Assembly (NCBI GenBank): GCA_040954595.2
Contig: CM082579.2
Coordinates: 5,204,879-5,268,878 of the forward strand
Reading direction: 5' to 3'
DNA length: 64,000 bases
Source of the DNA: Balanoglossus misakiensis
Lineage: Eukaryota > Animalia > Hemichordata
Position 1 is the first letter of the stretch, and each line of letters begins with the position of its first letter. A program made the position numbers and the translations under genes. The notes beneath the pieces were generated by a model. The model was not told where the DNA came from and made no database searches. It worked only from the letters and a program-made list of their open reading frames with translations. Shown piece by piece: positions 12,101 to 24,261 of this stretch.

Positions 12101-12612
12101 ACCAAAGTGAGTGACTTTGAATTTAAGGGGACTTCTACAGAGTAGGTGAAACCCCAGAATTCAAAAGGTCTGCTGTACAAGCACGATTTATGGGAATATG
12201 TGCTTATTGCTGTCATTGTATTTGCTCATGCCGCTATCACATGACTTCAACTACATGTACATTTTCCCTGTAGACTAGACACTGCACATTTGGTCTGTTT
12301 GCGACATTTTGAGGGGGAGCACTGTTTTAGTTATAGGCCTGCATCATGTTCGTGGGAGATGAACTCACCTGCTTTTAGGATTGCTATGTAAGCCACCGTG
12401 TATTCCACGCACTTTTCCATGTAGATGCCGACTATGGAGTCTGGCACCACTCCGAGGATGCGCAGATAGGTGGCCAGGCAGTCGGTCTGCGCGTCCAGTT
12501 CACCGAAGGTGAGCTTTCTGCCATCGTCGGATACGACCGCCACATCGCCAGGCGTCAGTTTGGCCTGGCGAATGAACATCTCATGGAGGAGGCCTTGTGA
12601 TTCATAATCCAT
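144..12612 (-). CDS. NRPS-like A-T-R-R enzyme (adenylation, PCP, thioester reductase, YdfG-type SDR); ATRR / glycine betaine reductase-like; about 23 coding exons; 3' end runs off the window
   Basis: Spliced minus-strand exons give ordered motifs. Start [13 protein letters not shown] (ATG 12612). A domain: A3 [15 protein letters not shown] (exon 11617-11465), CNVFFVWEM (8461-8330), A5-like NLYSISECH (~7590), A7 YKTGDWG and A8 [15 protein letters not shown] (~6640-6545), A10 [10 protein letters not shown] (~5760). PCP: ENFFDLGG|HSLLAA (~5580/5190). R1: [11 protein letters not shown] (~4750), [19 protein letters not shown] (~3550). R2/SDR: TGASSGIG (~1190), NNAG (~770), YSGTK (~275). Splice phases that were checked are consistent. 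Confidence 0.9.
303..453 (-). other. GC-AG intron in the SDR domain of the A-T-R-R gene
   Basis: Donor AGG|GCAAGT joins SSDAGRR to [12 protein letters not shown] in phase 0. The nearby GT donor would shift the frame. Confidence 0.75.
9585..11438 (+). CDS. Nested antisense gene with intronless 617-aa CDS: three tandem diverged ~190-aa modules plus an acidic tail; uncharacterised
   Basis: 1854-nt uninterrupted ORF entirely inside host intron 8462-11464. The repeated pattern (L.K.I...L..IE..G..I.EF.IG[KQ][ST] ... W ... [YF][DH]G......[VI]T.DM ... [YF][FV]AYK[FL]) occurs three times. An acceptor (ttgcag, 9559) lies 25 nt before the ATG, with a candidate upstream donor GTGAGT at 9099. Confidence 0.85.
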   Translation: MEGIFGNRDNVAFGVKKEDPCRGYMPTPPPEMAGIRGNSEHGDPLCQKEDRGSERLNPQDFEAYRLYLSKHIKATIQQIEENTGMTIDEFTIGKSTAKYLAGGELDYSNPRNRWNTYYKSKLRYDGFTIIAEVTEDMVPRKTRDKFSHIDPQQYALALEQSLIHYFIFTDPDQRLANHSFHPGNLAETLPVGIVYFAYKFDSKKKIPEYDAVCQGGKGYAFKLEDASETISSAADEAESLEKRIASVLRNVEDKSGKEIEEFTIGQSHTNHNKVKCETCFRFEPMNPETWHLADGIDDLWKEKFLPDGYHGLIVVAAITNDMVQGAARGKYQCRHQYQCAKAIMGNLNWRFKAKTRSINQQPMYLKYNPLGEKERVWKKDVANASVLYVAYKLEPSREHVEQGGLSFNETDIEGKTFAKAAMQLKEKISTVLQEIEKGNQRRIKVFEVGKTCAQRIREVGSYLKFKVKEHTTWNTTELTKLWDGSRSKFDGMVAVGAVTRDMAICKVKKDEGDKHNIQLQYTRKLQDAVTAYFEEDPNWHEKCQRSAYPFPYESCWAGILFVAYKFGEDEGHFKVESRDGEEEEERDDDDDDYQEEEENWQQQWQKIPCDHQTKKMV

Positions 12613-14402
12613 TGCACGTCTGTAGATTCAATAGCAGAAATCTTCAACTGATAAAAAAATAGTTCCTCAAATATGATAACTCTCAAATACATGAAGTACT
12701 GTTGATTCTGACGTGACTGTATTCATATTTGGACCTGATCACCCAGTTTTATGAATGAGGGAACACAGTGCAATGTAGTAGGCCAAACCTGGAATGCTAT
12801 AAACATATTAGCCGCATGGTTGAAGGTTAATAGCTCTGAACAGCATGAACGACCCGAAATCTGTCATGTTTCTCAGTATTCTGATAGCAGAATTGTATTA
12901 ATTTCTAGCATGAAGCAAAACAAAATTTAGAGATAAAAGTGTCATCTTAAACTGTGGGTGTTAAAAACAGTCCCATCTGCCACTGTTGGTGGGCCTAGGG
13001 TCCCATACGACACAGTAGCTGGCAAGTCAAAATAGGTCACATTCCAGCTCCAAATTCCACCATATGCCGTGCAGAACCCACTGTCTATAATTTTCCAGTG
13101 TGCAAAAATTCCTCAGTTCCTAACTTACCCTCCTTTATACATGTACAGATATCGTGCCATGGAATACATGATGCTGAGCTGCCGAAGCTTTCACTATTAA
13201 AGCATGTACAGTAATGGTCTGCACTGCAGTCTATGGCTGGATTCCCCAGGAAGGACAAGGCAATGAAACACTTTTATGTAAACCTTGGTAGCTCTATTTA
13301 CATGACAATACCAAAGAAGAGGCACAGTATTTAACCGGATTGATCTATTGTGAAATTCATTCAGACAGAGTCCTTACAACGCAGTTGGCCAGTGCATTGA
13401 TTATTGTGTTTTTTCATGCTTGGTGATCTCTGCTGGCACAGACAATGAGGGGGAGATTAGGGTTGTTCATAGAAAAGGTGCATCAGGAATTATTATTGCT
13501 GTTTATGTGGTTGCTGTTGTTATTATTAGCATTTGGCATGTGACTAAATATTATAAATAGTAGTACTGCTGGACACGTGACTATAACTATTTCAAAATAT
13601 GTCCTGTGCTGTGAATGACCGGGTGAGGGCTGATCAGATTGTATAGGACACACAGCGATACCACAGGAATATAATATGACCACAGTTTCAGTTTATGTTC
13701 AGAACAGCATAATCAGAATTTATTTTTACAACTCTGGAAATGCTCATTGCTGGTACAACAGATGACTGGAGCTGGTTATCAGTAAATTGATTTGAGTGTT
13801 TGTTAATATCAATTTGTTTGGTTGGTTTACTTTGTTGTATCCTTGTAATTTATATGATAAATAATTAACCCCCCCCCCCCCTCTCGGGTCAATGAACTGC
13901 TGAGCTAGTACACTAACGCACATCCCTATTTATAAATGTACTAAAATCAAAGCAGAAAATTCTGGGTGAGCCCTGGCTATATAACTGCCAGTTATATATA
14001 CTTTACAGTAGAGCTGAACCAGCACAGCACTTTAAACAAGGCGTACTATGGCCAGAAAGAAGATAGCATGCTGGCCATTATAAGTTTACTTACAAAGCCT
14101 TAAAGCAACACGAGGGCACCAGTGAAGGGTGGTTTGTGACAGCAATGATACCTTGCCGTTTAACAATTGTGTCCATGTATAAATCAATGGTCAACTCACA
14201 ATCTCATGTTTTTTTTCATAAAAAGAAATAAAGAAAAGTGATATATGACACAAGATTTGTTACTAGTCCACTTCGTCAGACACCATTGATTGGGAGTTCC
14301 ACACTCCGTGCACACAATGCAAGTTTCAAGTAAAAACAGCTAAAAACGTAATTTAAAACAAAATGATGTTAAATCATGTGTAGAGTCTGTTAAAGATCTC
14401 AC

Positions 14403-14460
14403 CTTTGAAAAGGAGATGGCGTTACGGTACCAGCTGATGACCCAGAATGGGAACAGGCGC
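14403..14460 (-). other. Probable non-coding first exon of the A-T-R-R gene
   Basis: Strong minus-strand donor AAAG|GTGAGA at 14403/14402. The ATG exon has its own acceptor (ctacag) 7 nt before the ATG at 12619, so an upstream UTR exon is needed. The 5' end is not defined. Confidence 0.5.
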
Positions 14461-14787
14461 AGGCTTCCAAAGGACTATGGACTTTGATCAAAGATCATTT
14501 CTTATCAATTATCATTATGTAAACCAGTGCTTGACCCTGATGTTTGTCATTTCAACATGCCTACAACTTCTCGCCCTTGGATCGAGCTACAGTATAGCCT
14601 AGCTATAGAAAAATAGACCAACATATAAGGATATTAAAAGACTTCTTACCGTTCGGTGGTAAGTACCAAGTAGAGGGAAAATTTCAGAAAATAATGATCA
14701 GAAAAAAAGTCAAGTGAAATAGTCTATAAATGATATTCATTTTATAAAATAATATGCAGAGAACTTATAAGTTTGACCAGAAAAAGT

Positions 14788-14800
14788 ATGGTGATGATGA

Positions 14801-14834
<34 letters not shown>

Positions 14835-15004
14835 GGTGGACACGATGATGATGATGATGGCGACGATGATGATGATGATGATGATGATAATGATGATGAA
14901 AATCCTCTCTAGATAATGATGATGATGATGATGATGAAAATCCTCTGAAGATAATGACGACGACGAAGGTGGTGGTGGTGGCGGTGATGATGATGATGAT
15001 GATG
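14788..15004. repeat. Compound (GAT)n/(GGT)n microsatellite
   Basis: Long GAT and GGT runs with GAC interruptions and a duplicated gatgatgaaaatcctct unit. Confidence 0.95.
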
Positions 15005-15357
15005 CTAGCAGCTACAACTCACCCACTTGCCATTTAGCACCTTGAGTTCAAACTTCCCGCACGGATCCCCACAGCCTCGTTTTCGCATATATTATTGGCT
15101 AGCTATGATTGAGATATATATTTTTTAGTTTTACAATATATTGGATCTCATTTGGTATACGGAAAAACGCATTGTTATTTGCGTGTCTTGTTAAAAGCAA
15201 TGATTTGATTTTGACGAACGTGAGACTGAAAATTATGTGCTACTTTAACATTTGACCTATGACCCTGCATATGGCGTCTGGTTTGTTTTGTAAATCGTAG
15301 GTGCTGATCGACCAAACGTAACTGCATCATCAGAGAGATTTATCCGAGTTAAGCACC

Positions 15358-17408
15358 ATGTCTGCGTATTCAATGGTTAAAGGAGGAAAGTTAAAACTTA
15401 AGGGAAGTTCAGCTGGGAGTGGAAGGTAGGCCCCTTTCTGTGTTATAGTCGATCGCCGTGTAAACAACAAACAATTTCGCATAGGCATATACGGCTACTG
15501 TTTTCACGTCTGGTTTACAATTTCTTAGGTACCCCAGATTTTGCTAAAATGGGACAAATGAATGTAAATGGAATATATTTTTGTTCTGCTAATGAAAGCT
15601 TCCACTCTTTCAAAGACTTTGGTGTTCACTATTGTCAAAATTCTGTTGACAGTTCAAAGAAACACAAGAAGAAGAGGAAACGAGAGAAAGAAGACAAGGA
15701 TGTCAAAGATGAAGATGCTGCAACACATGGTATGAAATGTACTTATTCAGATGAAACTTTTTTTACACGCAAGCTTAGACTCACTCACAAGGCTGCTTTG
15801 ACATGTTAGCCTTATATAATAATTTACCATATTTGACAGGTGGATGGTGGACAGTTGACAAAATAGATGAAATACTTGGAACAGTTGCAATAGAGATGAC
15901 TCCAAATGCCTTTGTCTATGCTCTGGACAATGGACTTTTTACAATAGGAGCTCCACATACAGACAGTAAGTAATGAAGTATAAGTGCAGAAATGGCATCA
16001 CACATTCTGGTTTGTGGTGGATTAATCATACATGTCCATATCATATATACTGCAGATATGTGATTACAATGTATAGGTACTATACATTATAATCACAATA
16101 CAACACAAAAATAGTTACAGCTGATGAATGCACCCTTTTCATAGGCACAGAAGGGCCTGAGCCACCGGAACAGCTAACGGCAGTCCGTGTTTCCGAAAAC
16201 CAAATAGCGCTGAAATCAGGGTATGGCAAGTATCTCACAGTGGACTCTGACGGTTTAGTCACCGGGAGATCTGATGCCATCGGACCAAGAGAGCAGTGGG
16301 AGCCGGTCTTTGAAGAGGTACGGCGGAGATTTTGATGATGGTGTTTGTCATCACCCACATTCAACTTCTGCCTTCGGAACGGCATCTCTGCTGAGCATTG
16401 AGCAGCCTGCAAATAACGCCATCATGAGTCTAATTATAGGGAATCCTTTGTTTATGACAACATTCCCATTGAACAGTTTGGGGGATAACAGGGGGTGGGT
16501 GGTCGGGGGAGTGTACTAGAAACAGTTTCCAATCTCCAAAACTAAAAGAAAAGCAGTGAATTTAGAACCTCACAGAAAGTCCCCTCAAAGCACCTTTTTA
16601 TTTTATTTCATTCAGGGAAAGATGGCACTCAGTTGTCACAATGGATGCTTCATGTCCTATAATGATGAAACTGATATTGTTGCCAAGAGCCAAGCAGCAC
16701 GTGAAAATGAATTTATTAAGGTAAGAAGATTCGTTTGTTTAGAAATGTACAATGTCAACTGCAGTTGTTGTGTGAGCAAAAGTTGTCTAACTCTTGGCAG
16801 AGAAAGCCTCCAATACATTGAGTACTTAAGTACCCGTTTTTCTCCTAATTTTTTCACCAGATTCGGTCCAGTGCACCCAGGGTGAAGAAACAGAAAGATG
16901 ATTTCGTTCCGGATGAAGATAAAGGGAATATAGGAACCTGTGAAGTTAGTTATGTGTAAGTATAGAGTCAACCTGTATTTGCATGTTTCTGTTTGTCTAT
17001 GTCTGAACATGTCAGGCAGTAACTGAACCCCCTGCCATTTCTTGGACTCCAGAAATGTGTTGCATCTTTTTTTGCATTTTGCACTGCAATTCTGATCCTT
17101 TTGTTTGCTACTCTTTTACAGGAAAAAGTTTCAGAGTTTTCAAGACAGAAAACTGAAAATAAACCCTGGTGATAAAGCTGAATTACAAAAAGCTAGAACG
17201 ACAGGAAAATTGCATGAAAAGCTCCTTGATAGGTAAGAGAAAAAACAGCTTTACCAGTGGGTACAAAGATATTAGCCATTTTCATGCTGTCTTCATGACA
17301 CATACACATACATTGGGCGGTCAGCAAAGAATTAACGATACATCCTCTCTTTTTTTCTTCTCAAAACACAGACGGGAGAAGATGAAAGCTGACCGTTACT
17401 GTAAATAG
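15358..17408 (+). CDS. FRG1: Protein FRG1 (FSHD region gene 1 homolog), 8 exons
   Basis: [16 protein letters not shown]; basic [12 protein letters not shown]; GGWW; [14 protein letters not shown]; [11 protein letters not shown]; [18 protein letters not shown]; [10 protein letters not shown]; C-terminal [11 protein letters not shown]. Exons ~15358-15425, 15653-15729, 15840-15966, 16145-16317, 16616-16720, 16861-16955, 17122-17232, 17371-17408. Confidence 0.96.
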
Positions 17409-19403
17409 GCGATAGATTTTTTCTGTTCATATTCTTCAGAATGCAAATGGAACTTTTCAACTGAGACTGGGAGACAACATGGAAGGCAGTTTACTTCAAA
17501 GCTCATATGATACTTCTTACTTTTTGAATCATATTTATGTCAATGATATAGTTTTTATCACATGCACGTCTTTTGACAATGACTCTGTAAAACTGCTGGT
17601 AAAACATGTATTTTGCTCAGGGATACCAAAAACCGTTTTCTCAGTTTCAAGATTTTCAGATTTGCAATACTGGGGGTATCATGGGGTATGACGACTAATT
17701 CTCAGTTTGTCAATATTTGAAATTAATGGCTACCTTTGTTACAAATCTGTGATATGCCTCCAGATAGCAAAACACTGCATTTTGAAAAATGGAAATACAG
17801 TTGGCACTATCAGCTATATATATCCGTCAGCTGTGTATTTTTAACTGATGTTTTATCAGACTGCTTTGTCGTGTTCATGTCCTGTTTGCCCTGAAACAGT
17901 TTTGTATTTAATGAAAACATTTAGCAGTGGAAACAAGAACCCGGTAAACAAGTTGATATTGCGTGAAGACCACACCAATGAGAGCTAGTAATTCCATTAC
18001 ATTGTACTTCATTCACAGATGGTGTGTCTGTTTTCACAATCAGTGTTTTCATGGCTTGTGAAAATAATAGATAATCCATGAGTATTTTATAGTCACTCTT
18101 CACCTATCATAGACATAATAATGGAGGACAGATTAGCAGTGCTGTCTTAAACATCAATTTAGCGGAAATAAAGTTTCATGTAGAAGATCATAACAGTGAT
18201 TGTGTGTGCATGTATTTTCTCAAAGGTTCCCTGCATTGCATTGAAAAAGGCATTACATGACATGACAAAACACCACACTGCCGTGTGGTTCCCACTATCC
18301 CCTGCATTTCAATATGCAACCTTATGAAAATTCAAGTCACAAATATTAATTAATGTACTGGTAGGCAAGTCCATTTCAATGACTAAAATTTTAATTTGAT
18401 CTAAAAAAAAAAACACCTTGCGGATTGATATGTGGTATGCGAGTTACATACAAATTATTCTGCACACATTGAAAGTTCAAGTTTCATCACAGTGACTGGT
18501 GTTAACCTTACAGGGGACATCTGACATTGTGTTATAAAATATGAATAGGGTGAATATACAAAGTCGCCTTGTATCATAAAATGTCAGTTGATAAAACTGA
18601 GCTACAATAATATTTCTGACAGTCGGTAAATAAGTTTCATGATCATCTACGTGAAGGCTTTTCAAAACCATACACTTCATAAATGGATTAATAATTGTGT
18701 TGGTAGCAGAATTGGTATATAAAAAAGATAATCTGTTGGGAAAGGTACAAGTCGCATCTGTGATACACCAAACGACTGTGAACTATGTTTTTAAAAGTGC
18801 TGGTGTCTATTTTCCTTTGGTGAAAAAAGGATCAGTATTTCTTGAAGAAACTTGCTGACTTACACAAAATATAGATTAATATTGCAAGACAAAAAACAAC
18901 AACTGGGCATGGCAACACGACACACATTTACTGGTAGCTTTACATAATTCATGATTGGAATTTAAATGGTGATTCAGTGTATTACAACATGGCAACTGCG
19001 AATGGTAGGTCTAGGCTAGACTCCTATTAATGTAGGATTGCATGTTGATGTAGGTGGCATTCTGAAAAAAACAAATAAAAAAAACAGTTTAAAAAAAAAT
19101 GATAATACTATAGGTATGACTAATGCTACTTTCAAATATATATTGATGCAACTTTCATATTCCACGTAAGGTACTCAAGCATTTCAAGCTTCAAATTTAC
19201 AAACCTAAATGATTAATTTTCACCTTGAATTATAATTATGTAATCAATTACAAGTACCCACAAGTTTAGTGAAAAGGGAAGCTTATTATATTGCAAAAAA
19301 CTATACCAGCAGGTATGAGTGAGCTACATGTATTATGCGTTTTACTGTTGTGTTACAAATTTGGAGTTTTATGAATAAATTAACCAAATGACAGTACCTT
19401 CGA

Positions 19404-20295
19404 TCACTGTTTCTCTCCGATGTAAGAGGTGGTTTTGCCAGTTTTTTTGATGGTTGCAAGCAGTTCATCCCCGGACAAGGTAGACTTCACATACACCTTC
19501 TGTGCGGCCATGTCGATCTGAATGTCACTCACACCTAAAATGCGAATGATTCATTTTCTAGCTCAGAATGATGGAGGGGCTGTGATGTATGCTTGTTCAC
19601 AATTTTAATACTACGGACTTTGATCATGGAGCTAACGTGGTAGCTCCATGATCTCACCAACGGCAAGTTACTAGCAATTTGTGCGTTTTGTGGAGTGCTG
19701 CAAGGGACCTTCATCATTACCATGGACTTTCAGCTAGAACATTAGCATCCATTGCCATTGGCACGAAAACGAGATAGAGATTGTATGGCCCGTATGCTGG
19801 TAAGGTTACAAGGATATACAACAATGCCGACGTGGCACTCAGCTCAGGTCATAAGGGTACCATCAGCTTCATATTCCACGCGAACGGGGCACGACAGAAA
19901 TCTCAGATTTTCAAACGACAAAAAAATCCATCTGCTCACCATCTAATTTCTGCAACACACGAGTCACAGCACCGGAACAACCTTCACAGGTCATTTCAAC
20001 TTGAAACTCGTGAGTCTGTTGGTGAAAGAAACACTGGAATTCAGAGAGTTTTCAGCCACGCCCGTTAAAAACCGTGGCAATTTCGACAATCCTCTCGAAA
20101 ATCTATTTATACGACAGAGAATATCTGAAACATACTGAATGCTGTACAAGTAGTATCGAACTCCTCAACAAATGGAATAAATCCAATATCGATCAAAAAA
20201 GTTTAGAACATATTTGTATTTTTGGTGGGCGATTGCCGGGTTACGGGCGATCACCGTACAAAAGAAAGCAGTTTGTACCGTACCTTGGAGGCCAT
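19404..20295 (-). CDS. ATOX1: Copper chaperone ATOX1 (72 aa), 3 coding exons plus a 3' non-coding exon
   Basis: Exons 20295-20284 (MASK), 20015-19940 (THEFQVEMTCEGCSGAVTRVLQKLD) and 19534-19404 (GVSDIQIDMAAQKVYVKSTLSGDELLATIKKTGKTTSYIGEKQ*). Has the MxCxxC metal-binding motif and KTGK. Total 219 nt, in frame. Confidence 0.95.
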
Positions 20296-20595
20296 ATTTC
20301 TGCTGGTGCTTACAACTGTAGACTGGGGATGGAAAGAATGTGTGGTGTGGTTGGTTTGAAAGCAGAATCTGATTAGTGGTTGTTCGGTTGCGCACTGTAC
20401 CTTGAACAGTTATCACGTGACATGTCACATGAACAATCAGCTGAGTAAAATTTGCATGTAACCAAGTGTAAACGAACTAGGTTATTTACATATAGTCAGG
20501 TGGTTAGCAATCTTTCTTAAAAGTCAGGTGACCCAAAACTCGTGACCGAAACAGTCCTGGTACGATCGCGATCCTCACAAGTCACATCCGCAAAC
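20296..20595. promoter_or_regulatory. Bidirectional ATOX1/ASAH1 promoter with CLEAR/E-box elements
   Basis: 300 bp separate the divergent ATGs. Contains TCACGTGAC (20413-20421), GTCACATGA (20424-20432) and GTCAGGTGAC (20523-20532). Confidence 0.65.
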
Positions 20596-23500
20596 ATGAA
20601 GGTGTTGTGGTTGTCGCTGGCGATTGTGGTGATCCAAGTTGTATATTCACAAAAACCGCCGGTAAGTTGTAACTAGAGTGCGCAAAGTGACCAAGTTTCA
20701 CAAAATACTGAATGTGTACTGGCATTTAGAGAAGAGTGCCTGGATGTTGTTGTCATGAACTGATCAATGATTATGAGCATAGGTTGAAATTGAAAACTAG
20801 GTCAGGTAGTGAACAACACCATTGTTATTTAAACTATGGAATGCTGAAAAAAAGTGACACATTGGCCCATTTTAGACATTAATTGGCCTATTTTGGCCAT
20901 ATATAATGTCCATATTTGCTATCCACAGTTCACAGAACCCTGTCGAAATGACATGTACCCACCAAAGCCGGAGACCAAGGTTCCTACCTATGTAGTCAAC
21001 CTTGATGCTGATCCCAAAGACAGATGGAAGGAGGTTGTCACGGATAAAACCGAGGAGGTACGTATCAAGTATTGGCAAAAGTACATAAAAAGTAATCTTT
21101 GAACTTTTTCCGCCACTATCACTTTTTACAAAAATAGCTGCCATTCAGGGTTAAATGATAAATTTCTATTTTACGCCATGATTTTATCTGACATCTTTTT
21201 GCATGTGCAACTCCATTCTTATCAGTTTTGCACCTCTTCATCTTAGAAAGGTGACAATGATAAAACATGCAACATTACTATTTTTTGTACAGTTCAAGTA
21301 CATGTTAACAGTCATCAAGAATCTGACTTCATCATTTTTCCAAGGATCACTCATGGACTTCATCGACAAACACTTTGTAAGTAGAAAACATACAATTCTA
21401 TGGCACTGATACTTGCTGCTTGTAGCAGAAATCGCAGGCATAATTGTTTTTCACTATAAATGCATCTTGGGATGAAATAATCACTTTGTAAAAAATTATG
21501 TCATATTTGCCACTTGAGGTCGCTGTTCCCACCAAGAAGTTAAAAAATGCACACTCACTCAAGCCAAAGTTCAAAAGTCTGTGTTCTTTTTGTCCAATTG
21601 ATCAAATACTGTAATTTGTCATTTTTTTCAGGGTACCATAGCCTCCGGTTTGCCAGCCCCATATGGTGATGAGATAATAGGCATAGCTGCTGCTACAGGC
21701 ATACCACTAGGTAAGTTTCACACTTTCCTTGATTGCAGTTCCTGATTTCAGTCCTAGAGACAATTTCTGTGTTTACTCAGACATAAAAGTTCTAATCTGT
21801 TCCCTGAACCTTTGCAGGGATGCCAGAAAAATTAGTGTCCATGTGTAAATTAGAGAAAACTGTTTCCTTTGAATTATGAATTTTCTCTGTTGTGTTTTGC
21901 AGGAGAGGTGGTGTTATATAATGTGTTCTATGAGTTATTTACACTGTGTACCTCCATTGTGGCTGAGGATCCTAGTGGTAAGAGAACTCAAGAAATTCTC
22001 CAGTAAATGCCCAAAAAGGCTGCAGCAAAAAAACAAACCAAACAAAGAATGTGGTTGTCACATTCATAACATCAAATCAGGCACATGATGCAATGTTTGA
22101 TTTTTTTACCGCAAGGGCAGTTAAGTACCTCCAATCAGAAAATAATCATACAAGTTGTTAAGAGTGTATGTTTTCCAACTACATAAGTTTGTTGATATCT
22201 TTCTTTACAAATTTATTTTTTGTCCTGCACAGGCAAGTTGTACCATGCAAGGAACCTGGATTTTGGCCTCTTCCTTGGGTGAGTGTACCAGCTATAACCA
22301 GTTTTCAATAAAAGTCCATGCTGTATCTTACCAATAGGCACTGTGAAATATCTGTCCCACAATATATTTTAGGTCTAAATAAACTCTATACTTGGTTTTA
22401 GCATTTATTTCAGAGGTATGATACAGTGTCATGCAATGTCTTGCATGCTAGCAGCTTAATTTTGGATAAAGCACTTAGCAGATGACTAAGGTCTCAGTGG
22501 ATGCAAAAATATCAGCTTGTCAATTTTGTTTCATTGCAGATGGGATACTCATAACGACACTTGGTGGCTGTCCGAAGCACTGCGTCCTCTCATTATCAAT
22601 ATTGACTACCAGCGTGGTGGGAAAACGGCCTACCAGGCTGTTCACTTCGCTGGTTATGTGGGAATCCTGACCGGCATCAAACCAGTAAGTTGGACATTCC
22701 CTTGCAAGGATGCTGTTATAGATACGTTCTGCATAATGCTTTGCCAAACGAAGAAAAAAATCATTGCTCTGCTTTTCAGTTATATTTCTTTTCTCCGATC
22801 ACAGAAAGTCTTTACGGTAAGCATGGACGAGCGATTCAATGCTGATGGAGGTTTCATCGGTTTTATCGAATGGGTGCTCGGTCAACGAGATGCCAAATGG
22901 GTGGGGTTCATCACCAGAGATGCTATGGAAACCTGCAACAGGTATGAACCTAACAAAAAAAGACAAATTTCACGGTTTAAAATGTATGACTTATTGGACT
23001 TATTAGGAGTGTCTGAAATCTTGGCAAATATCACTCACAAAAGTATTCTGCTATGCTTTCTCGTTTGCATACCGTAGTTACGACGAAGCGCTAGACTTGT
23101 TGGCCAATCACAAGGTACTGGCACCTGCCTACTTCATCCTGGGTGGAAATCAGTCTGGAGAGGGCGCTGTCATCACCAGGGACAGGGAGAAGGCTGTGGA
23201 TGTTTGGCAGTAAGTGTGCAGTGTGGTCACGCACTTCTAAAGTAGGATTGCTAGAGGTTATAAACAGCAAGTTAGGGTATTTTACTTGTGGTTTAATAGG
23301 ACCTTTTGGGGGAAATTAGCATACATGGCAGAAAATAACCACTTGACGAAGTGAAGTGACTATCTCTCCCCAAATACTAAAATGTTTTGCACGTATACAC
23401 ATTTCCCTTCAGTATGAATGAGACTGGGCATCCGTGGTTTATTCTGGAGACAAACTATGACCACTGGAAAGCCCCTCTGTTCTTGGACGACCGACGCACC

Positions 23501-24261
23501 CCGGCCACAGAATGCATGAACAAGATGACACAAGAGGTATCGTTGATGCGTTCTAAATGTCAAACTTTGTACTCTTCTGCTAGACTACAAAAAGTTTGAG
23601 ATATCCCACAGCTAGGCCTACAGATTTTCTGTGTAGTCCCTGCGAGATAAACCTCAAATGTAGAGAGACTAACATTGTTCATTCGTCACATGACTCTCTC
23701 CTCGATTGTTGACAGGTATTTTCACTGAGATCGAGTTGATAAAGTTTGAACAGCTGTGACAAGGAGACCCTGACATGCCATGACCTTGTGGCATTCAGCT
23801 GTCAAGAGAACTCTACTTTCACGCTCAAATCTATTTGGTCAAGTCACAGTCCCTCTAGTACACACCCACATTCCCAATCATGTGTCAGGTAGTACAAGTA
23901 TAATTCTTCGCCATAAAATTGTGTATTTCGTTTCTTTCAGAATGTTGGCATTCCAGGAATATTCAACGTGTTGAACACCAAGCCAATGTTGAACAAGGTG
24001 AAAAATCACAACTTAAATTACTTTTATCTCTGACTAAGCCAGGATACGATGTGGAAAGACATAGAGTGTGTGAAAGTTGGAAAGTCTTACTTAGTTGTCT
24101 GTACACTTATACAAAAACTTTTTTTTATAATTACTGAAAATATATCTTTTTGTGTGCTGTTCCTTTTGCAGTTGACTACCTACACCGCTGTGATGCAAGT
24201 CAATGCAGGTCACCTGGAAACCTACATCCGCCACTGTCCGACACCGTGCGCGCCATTTTAA
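20596..24261 (+). CDS. ASAH1: Acid ceramidase (N-acylsphingosine amidohydrolase, Ntn hydrolase), about 12 exons
   Basis: Signal peptide [18 protein letters not shown]; [16 protein letters not shown]; autocleavage nucleophile YELFTL|CTSIVAED; [15 protein letters not shown]; [13 protein letters not shown]; APAYFILGG; [10 protein letters not shown]; [22 protein letters not shown]; KPMLNKLTTYT; ends CPTPCAPF*. Confidence 0.95.

Noticed and set aside
144-12612. Bacterial or fungal NRPS cluster, or contamination
   Set aside because: The gene has more than 20 spliceosomal introns, no condensation domain and no tailoring genes, and it is contiguous with FRG1, ATOX1 and ASAH1.
14788-15004. Poly-Asp or poly-His coding exon
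   Set aside because: No convincing splice sites, and neither flanking gene model needs it. It is a simple microsatellite.
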